DNA of 28,425 nucleotides from a virus (Duplodnaviria; Heunggongvirae; Uroviricota; Caudoviricetes): IMG/VR virus record IMGVR_UViG_2619619134_000010; one strand, 5' to 3'. Shown piece by piece: positions 24,145 to 28,425 of this stretch (position 1 is its first letter; each line of letters starts with the position of its first letter). The notes under the pieces were generated by a model. It saw only the letters and a program-made list of their open reading frames with translations, ran no database searches and was not told where the DNA came from. The position numbers and the translations under genes were made by a program.

Positions 24145-26199
24145 ATGTCAGACTCCAAGTGGAAAATGCTCTCCGCCATGCCCGGAGAGTTTTCAGTCAA
24201 GGTTGCCGGTGGCACGGTGGCATTTATTGAAAGCCCTTTCCGCCCTTCGGGTAATAAAGGGGGGATCACCTTCGCAGACTGCGTGATCCGCTTCAGCACG
24301 AAAGAGCCATTATGGGTAATGCCGGTATCCGGTAATCCCAGTGCAGAAATCACCAGTTCAGGCGTGACTGGCATCATTCCAATCACATCTGACGTGGCCG
24401 GAACGCTCACGCCCTCCGACTGGAATGCACCGGATAACGCCGGGCCTTCCGGTAGCACGAATGGCAGCAGTTCAGAGCCGGAATATTACTTTGTTGTCAT
24501 TCTCGCGGGTCAGTCAAATGGCATGGCCTACGGCGAGGGGCTGCCGTTACCGGATTCGTTTGACCGCCCGGACCCACGCATTAAGCAACTGGCACGCCGC
24601 AGTACGGTAACGCCCAACGGTACGTCGTGTACATACAACGACATCATTCCGGCAGACCACTGCCTGCATGATGTTCAGGATATGAGCGGGATAAACCACC
24701 CGAAAGCTGATCTGGCAAAAGGCCAGTACGGGACTGTCGGTCAGGGGTTGCATATTGCCAAAAAACTGCTTCCCTATATCCCACAGAATGCCGGGATACT
24801 TCTGGTGCCCTGTTGTCGTGGCGGGGCAGCATTCACCACTGGAGCCGACGGCTCATTCAGTGAGGCCAGCGGTGCTTCCGCTGATTCTTCACGCTGGGGG
24901 GCCGGTAAACCTCTGTATCAGGACCTGGTAAGCCGCACCAAAGTCGCGCTGGCGAAAAACCCGAAAAACAAACTTCTGGCTGTGGTCTGGATGCAGGGAG
25001 AGGCAGACCTTGCCTCAGGAAGCCAGCAGCATAATAGTTTATTCACGGCCATGGTTCAGCAGTTCAGAACTGACCTGGCTCCGCTTGCTGCGCAGTGCGT
25101 GAGTGGAAATGCCACCACGGTGCCGTGGATTTGCGGTGATACCACGTATTACTGGAAAAACGCTGGCACCGATAAATATGAGGCAGTATACGGTGGCTAC
25201 AAAGGCAAGGAAGCACAGAAAATTTTCTTTGTACCGTTCCTGACGGATGAGAATGGACAGAGCACGCCAACGAATGCTCCGGCGGAAGACCCGGATATTG
25301 TGGCTGTCGGGTATTACGGTGCAGCATCCCGAACCCAGGGCAGTTTTGTTTCGACACAGCGTGACAGCCATTTCAGCTCATGGGCACGCAGGGGCGTCAT
25401 TTCAGACCGTCTGGCCTCAGCTATTATGCTCCATGCAGGGCGCACGGCTGAACTGATGCGCGGGCAGACCGTGACACCACCGGATGAGAAGCCGTCACCT
25501 GATACACCATCAAAACCGTCCACGCCACCCGCAGACACCACGACGATGAGTACGCTATTTGCTTACCGGGCATCTGAGTCTGAAGGACGGTTGACACCAC
25601 AGGGTTGGGCTGCCGGAGGTGGCAAGGCTCAAATCGTGGATGATGCCGGAGCCAGCGGGGGTAAGGCAATGAAACTGACCAAGGAAACAGGAAGAGCCCC
25701 CTGGTACCTTGAGCATGATGCTGGTAATGGTGCGGACCTGCTGGGTAAAGGTGGTCTTGTCAGTTGTCGTTTTAAACTCGATGGCGCGCTTACGGCTAAT
25801 CAGTACGCACTGGCGCTGTACTGGCCGGTTTCTGCCCTGCCGCAAGGGGTTACTCTGGAAGGAAATGCCGGTCATAACCTGCTGGCATCGTTCTACGTAC
25901 AGAGCGATGCCACAGACCTTAACGTGATGTATCACAAAGGAAACACGGCGCAGAACACGAAGCTGGGGTCATTCGGCGCATTTAATAACGAATGGCATAC
26001 GCTGGGCTTCCGTTTTGCCGGTAACAACAGTATTGAGGTGACGCCGGTCATTGATGGTAAGGACGGGACACCATTCATGCTGTCGCAGTCTCCGGTCGGC
26101 ACGTTTACGGCAGACAAGTTGCGCGTGACCGATATCACTAAAAATGCGACTTACCCGGTACTGATTGACAGTATCGTGGTGGAAGTGAATAACGCGTAA
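24145..26199 (+). CDS. Modular carbohydrate esterase: N-terminal domain + SASA/SGNH-type acetylesterase core + Pro/Thr linker + C-terminal lectin-like domain (sialate/O-antigen O-acetylesterase-like)
   Basis: Block-I motif VVILAGQSNGMAYG and later AVVWMQGEADL resemble SASA (sialic-acid-specific 9-O-acetylesterase) / SGNH hydrolase signatures; PT-rich linker TPPDEKPSPDTPSKPSTPPADTTT; no signal peptide. Product name is inference from motifs only. Confidence 0.7.
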   Translation: MSDSKWKMLSAMPGEFSVKVAGGTVAFIESPFRPSGNKGGITFADCVIRFSTKEPLWVMPVSGNPSAEITSSGVTGIIPITSDVAGTLTPSDWNAPDNAGPSGSTNGSSSEPEYYFVVILAGQSNGMAYGEGLPLPDSFDRPDPRIKQLARRSTVTPNGTSCTYNDIIPADHCLHDVQDMSGINHPKADLAKGQYGTVGQGLHIAKKLLPYIPQNAGILLVPCCRGGAAFTTGADGSFSEASGASADSSRWGAGKPLYQDLVSRTKVALAKNPKNKLLAVVWMQGEADLASGSQQHNSLFTAMVQQFRTDLAPLAAQCVSGNATTVPWICGDTTYYWKNAGTDKYEAVYGGYKGKEAQKIFFVPFLTDENGQSTPTNAPAEDPDIVAVGYYGAASRTQGSFVSTQRDSHFSSWARRGVISDRLASAIMLHAGRTAELMRGQTVTPPDEKPSPDTPSKPSTPPADTTTMSTLFAYRASESEGRLTPQGWAAGGGKAQIVDDAGASGGKAMKLTKETGRAPWYLEHDAGNGADLLGKGGLVSCRFKLDGALTANQYALALYWPVSALPQGVTLEGNAGHNLLASFYVQSDATDLNVMYHKGNTAQNTKLGSFGAFNNEWHTLGFRFAGNNSIEVTPVIDGKDGTPFMLSQSPVGTFTADKLRVTDITKNATYPVLIDSIVVEVNNA

Positions 26200-26214
26200 G
26201 CAGGATAAAAAAAT

Positions 26215-26252
26215 GCCGCCGGTAAGGGAAAACAAGAAACCGGCGGCAAAAA
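26215..26252 (-). terminator. Rho-independent terminator-like hairpin oriented for leftward transcription, just 3' of the esterase gene
   Basis: gccgccgg-(17 nt loop)-ccggcggc; on the minus strand the hairpin is followed by a run of 7 T; on the + strand it is followed by A-rich sequence. Confidence 0.5.
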
Positions 26253-26331
26253 GATCGTTATATCCAAAGCAAAAAATGCAGTGCACCTTTTTACCTAACA
26301 GATATTACCGGTGTCAACACCATGTCAATAA

Positions 26332-26526
26332 TTGGGAGGGATAATGACATTTTTACAGCTTATTTTATTGTATTTCTGCACGGCAGTATGTGCGTTATAT
26401 CTGGTGAGTGGTGGTTATAAGGCCATCAGAAATTATGTTCGCCGCAAAATTGAGGACGCAGCAGCTGAAAAACTCAGTAAAACAGCGCAGGTAACTCCGC
26501 TCCCAAAAGACCCGACCCAGCCCTGA
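26332..26526 (+). CDS. Small predicted membrane protein (64 aa), function unknown
   Basis: Strong SD GGGAGGG before ATG; N-terminal hydrophobic helix FLQLILLYFCTAVCALYLV then charged tail. Confidence 0.55.
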   Translation: MGGIMTFLQLILLYFCTAVCALYLVSGGYKAIRNYVRRKIEDAAAEKLSKTAQVTPLPKDPTQP

Positions 26527-26561
26527 TTGCAGGGCTTTATTCCCGCATAAGGAGGATATAC

Positions 26562-26816
26562 ATGCCAGAAATTAAAGGCACCGTCACTGAAGACCTGGTA
26601 AAACAGGCACTGTATTCCGGTGAAGTAAATAAGTTGCTGAAAGCGCAGGTCCGCAAGGATTTTGAGGCACAAATCGACACTTACGTTGATGAAGTGCTGG
26701 CAAAACTTATTGGGCCAGCAGTTGCGGCCAGTGATGCTGATAATGAGCCGAAAACCGACGCGCAGCCAGAGCAACCAGACCCGGCTCAGCCCGGAACTGA
26801 CAGTACCATGATGTAA
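26562..26816 (+). CDS. Small acidic protein (84 aa), function unknown
   Basis: Strong SD TAAGGAGG about 7 nt before ATG; helical N-part and acidic Pro/Gln/Asp-rich C-terminal tail. Confidence 0.55.
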   Translation: MPEIKGTVTEDLVKQALYSGEVNKLLKAQVRKDFEAQIDTYVDEVLAKLIGPAVAASDADNEPKTDAQPEQPDPAQPGTDSTMM

Positions 26817-26873
26817 CAATACAAACCGGTGGTGTCCTCTGCCGGTTTGACACTAATGAAAACATCTTTGCCG

Positions 26874-26914
26874 CTATCCAGCCATATGTAATCGCTGGAT
26901 AGTATTTCGTATTC
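26874..26914 (+). terminator. Terminator-like hairpin following the small + strand ORFs
   Basis: ctatccagc-(11 nt)-gctggatag, 9-bp stem, followed by T-rich tatttcgtattc. Confidence 0.45.
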
Positions 26915-26983
26915 AGAAATATAGCTGCTTATGGAGCAGTCAATCCTGCTTCCCCATCCGGGCAGGCAAATGAACCGGTATCA

Positions 26984-27277
26984 TTAGTCCGATTCACGCT
27001 TTTGTAGAATCGTTCCCAGAATGCTATACAGCTCATTAGCCTGTTGCTCCATCATTGAGACGGAGGCTATACGGTGCAAAGTGATTTCAGGAGGTGGCAC
27101 ACCTCCATCTTCTTGCTGTGGAGGAAAAACATAAGATTTAATAAAAAAGTTGAAGCATATGAACTCTCCCGCACTCGAACTGTATTTGCAGGCATCTGAA
27201 TAATCGGAAAAATAATCATTATAGATTTCCGCATTTTCAATCATTTTTCGATTTCTCGTCGTTACATGATTGTCCAT
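26984..27277 (-). CDS. Orphan minus-strand gene (97 aa) in AT-rich DNA, function unknown
   Basis: Only credible minus-strand gene outside the invertible segment; AAGAGG SD on the minus strand before the start; low GC. Confidence 0.5.
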   Translation of the reverse strand: MDNHVTTRNRKMIENAEIYNDYFSDYSDACKYSSSAGEFICFNFFIKSYVFPPQQEDGGVPPPEITLHRIASVSMMEQQANELYSILGTILQKRESD

Positions 27278-27400
27278 AGCAGCCTCTTACGCTGGCAATT
27301 AACCAATTGACTTCTATAAATTAGTTGATTTGTTTGCTTTGCGGTATTCAAATGTACAATCATTCAGCACTTATGCGTTACAGCACCGTTTAAAATTAGT

Positions 27401-27490
27401 GATCAAACTCATAAATTTTCGCTAATGACATTTCGTGTTATTTGTTGTATCAATTAAATAAATCAAATCGATCGTTTTTGTCGATCGATT
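27401..27490 (+). promoter_or_regulatory. Candidate com-mom regulatory region: three GATC (Dam) sites and a 9-bp perfect inverted repeat just upstream of com
   Basis: GATC at about 27401, 27470 and 27483; aatcgatcg-tttttgt-cgatcgatt palindrome at about 27466-27490; AT-rich. In Mu the mom promoter is controlled by Dam methylation of clustered GATC sites and by the C activator. Confidence 0.5.
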
Positions 27491-27533
27491 GAGTGATAAA
27501 GATATCAACAACAAAGCAGGAGGTTATGCGGCC

Positions 27534-27734
27534 ATGTATCGAAACATACGGTGCCGACATTGTAACAAGCTACTGGCACGAGCCAGCTTCAGTTATCTGG
27601 AAGTTAAATGTCCGCGCTGTAAAACCCTCAATCAAATCACATCTCAGAGCGCCACAGAGCACCCCACATACACAAGGAAATCCTGTCGTGGGGAACAGAA
27701 AGCAAGTTACATCCCGTATCATCAGCACGCCTGA
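27534..27734 (+). CDS. com: Com, zinc-finger translational activator of mom
   Basis: [30 protein letters not shown]... matches Mu Com (MKSIRCKNCNKLLFKADSFDHIEIRCPRCK...) including the CxxC...CPRC zinc finger; AGGAGG 10 nt upstream of ATG 27534. Confidence 0.85.
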   Translation: MYRNIRCRHCNKLLARASFSYLEVKCPRCKTLNQITSQSATEHPTYTRKSCRGEQKASYIPYHQHA

Positions 27735-28425
27735 ACTTATTCACTATAACGACAATATCGTCGGTTATGGCTCCCGTGAGTTACGGGTTGAGACAATAAG
27801 TTGCTGGCTGGCCCGGCTGGTCGTCGTCAATAAACATTACAGCCATCGTTTCGTAAATAATTCCTACCTTCATCTGGGCATATTTTCAGAACGGGAGCTG
27901 GTTGGCGTAATGCAATGGGGTTATGCCCTTAATCCAAACAATGGTGCACGCGTCGTAACTGGCACGCAGAACCGCGAATATATGGAGCTTAACCGGTTAT
28001 GGCTGCATGACTGTATGCCGAGAAACTCCGAATCAAGGGCAATCAGTTACGCGCTCAAACTAATCAGACAACTTTATCCGCAGGTGCAGTGGGTTCAGTC
28101 GTTTGCAGATGAGCGTTGTGGCTGTCTTGGTGTCGTGTACCAGGCAAGCAATTTTGATTATGTAGGCAGTCATGAAACAACATTCTATGAACTTGATGGC
28201 GAGTGGTATCACGAGATTTGCAAGAATGCAATCAAACGAGGAGGACAGCGAGGTGAACATCTGCGGGCTAATATCGACAGAGCCAGTGTTCATAAATTCC
28301 GTCAGTTTCGTTACATCCGGTTTCTGGACAAGAGAGCCAGAAAACGCCTTAACACAAAGCTATTCAAAGTCCAGCCTTACCCAAAACCACAAACAGTTAA
28401 AACTGGTTTGAAAGAGAGTGAATGA
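27688..28425 (+). CDS. mom: Mom-like DNA modification protein (adenine acyl-modification, anti-restriction); start uncertain (GTG 27688 preferred, within long ORF 27493..28425)
   Basis: ORF overlaps the 3' end of com in another frame as in Mu; about 245 aa from GTG 27688, which has AAGGA 9 nt upstream; stop codon is the last triplet of the window. Confidence 0.65.
   Translation: MGNRKQVTSRIISTPELIHYNDNIVGYGSRELRVETISCWLARLVVVNKHYSHRFVNNSYLHLGIFSERELVGVMQWGYALNPNNGARVVTGTQNREYMELNRLWLHDCMPRNSESRAISYALKLIRQLYPQVQWVQSFADERCGCLGVVYQASNFDYVGSHETTFYELDGEWYHEICKNAIKRGGQRGEHLRANIDRASVHKFRQFRYIRFLDKRARKRLNTKLFKVQPYPKPQTVKTGLKESE

Noticed and set aside
1-28425. CRISPR arrays, tRNA or rRNA genes
   Set aside because: No regularly spaced short direct repeats and no tRNA-like structures were noticed; the only tandem repeat is the in-frame 15-bp triplet at 11825-11869.

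Overview
The window is almost entirely the late (lysis, packaging, head, tail) region of a Mu-like transposable prophage, all on the + strand, with unusual accessory content at both ends. Left edge: the 3' end of an IS-type DDE transposase gene (1-246) sits directly next to an overlapping spanin pair, and no endolysin gene lies between them. Then follow a TraR/DksA-type zinc-finger gene, a membrane coiled-coil gene, a small-terminase-like gene plus a small ORF that repeats its C-terminal tail, large terminase, portal, Mu F/G/I(+nested scaffold)/T head genes, sheath, tube, tape measure, DNA-circularisation protein, baseplate genes and a tail fibre. The tail-fibre 3' end lies in a ~1.3 kb invertible segment bounded by gix-like crossover sites and ~123 bp inverted repeats; it carries one variable tip plus one assembly chaperone in one orientation and a promoterless alternative tip in the other, with the Gin-family invertase immediately downstream. 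Most notable: a ~3.4 kb lower-GC cargo block between gin and com-mom, encoding a 684-aa modular SASA/SGNH-type carbohydrate esterase, two small ORFs and a minus-strand orphan gene. The com-mom module, preceded by three GATC sites, ends exactly at the window edge. All calls rest on reading the sequence and remembered family signatures; no searches were run, and hand-derived coordinates may be off by 1-2 nt.
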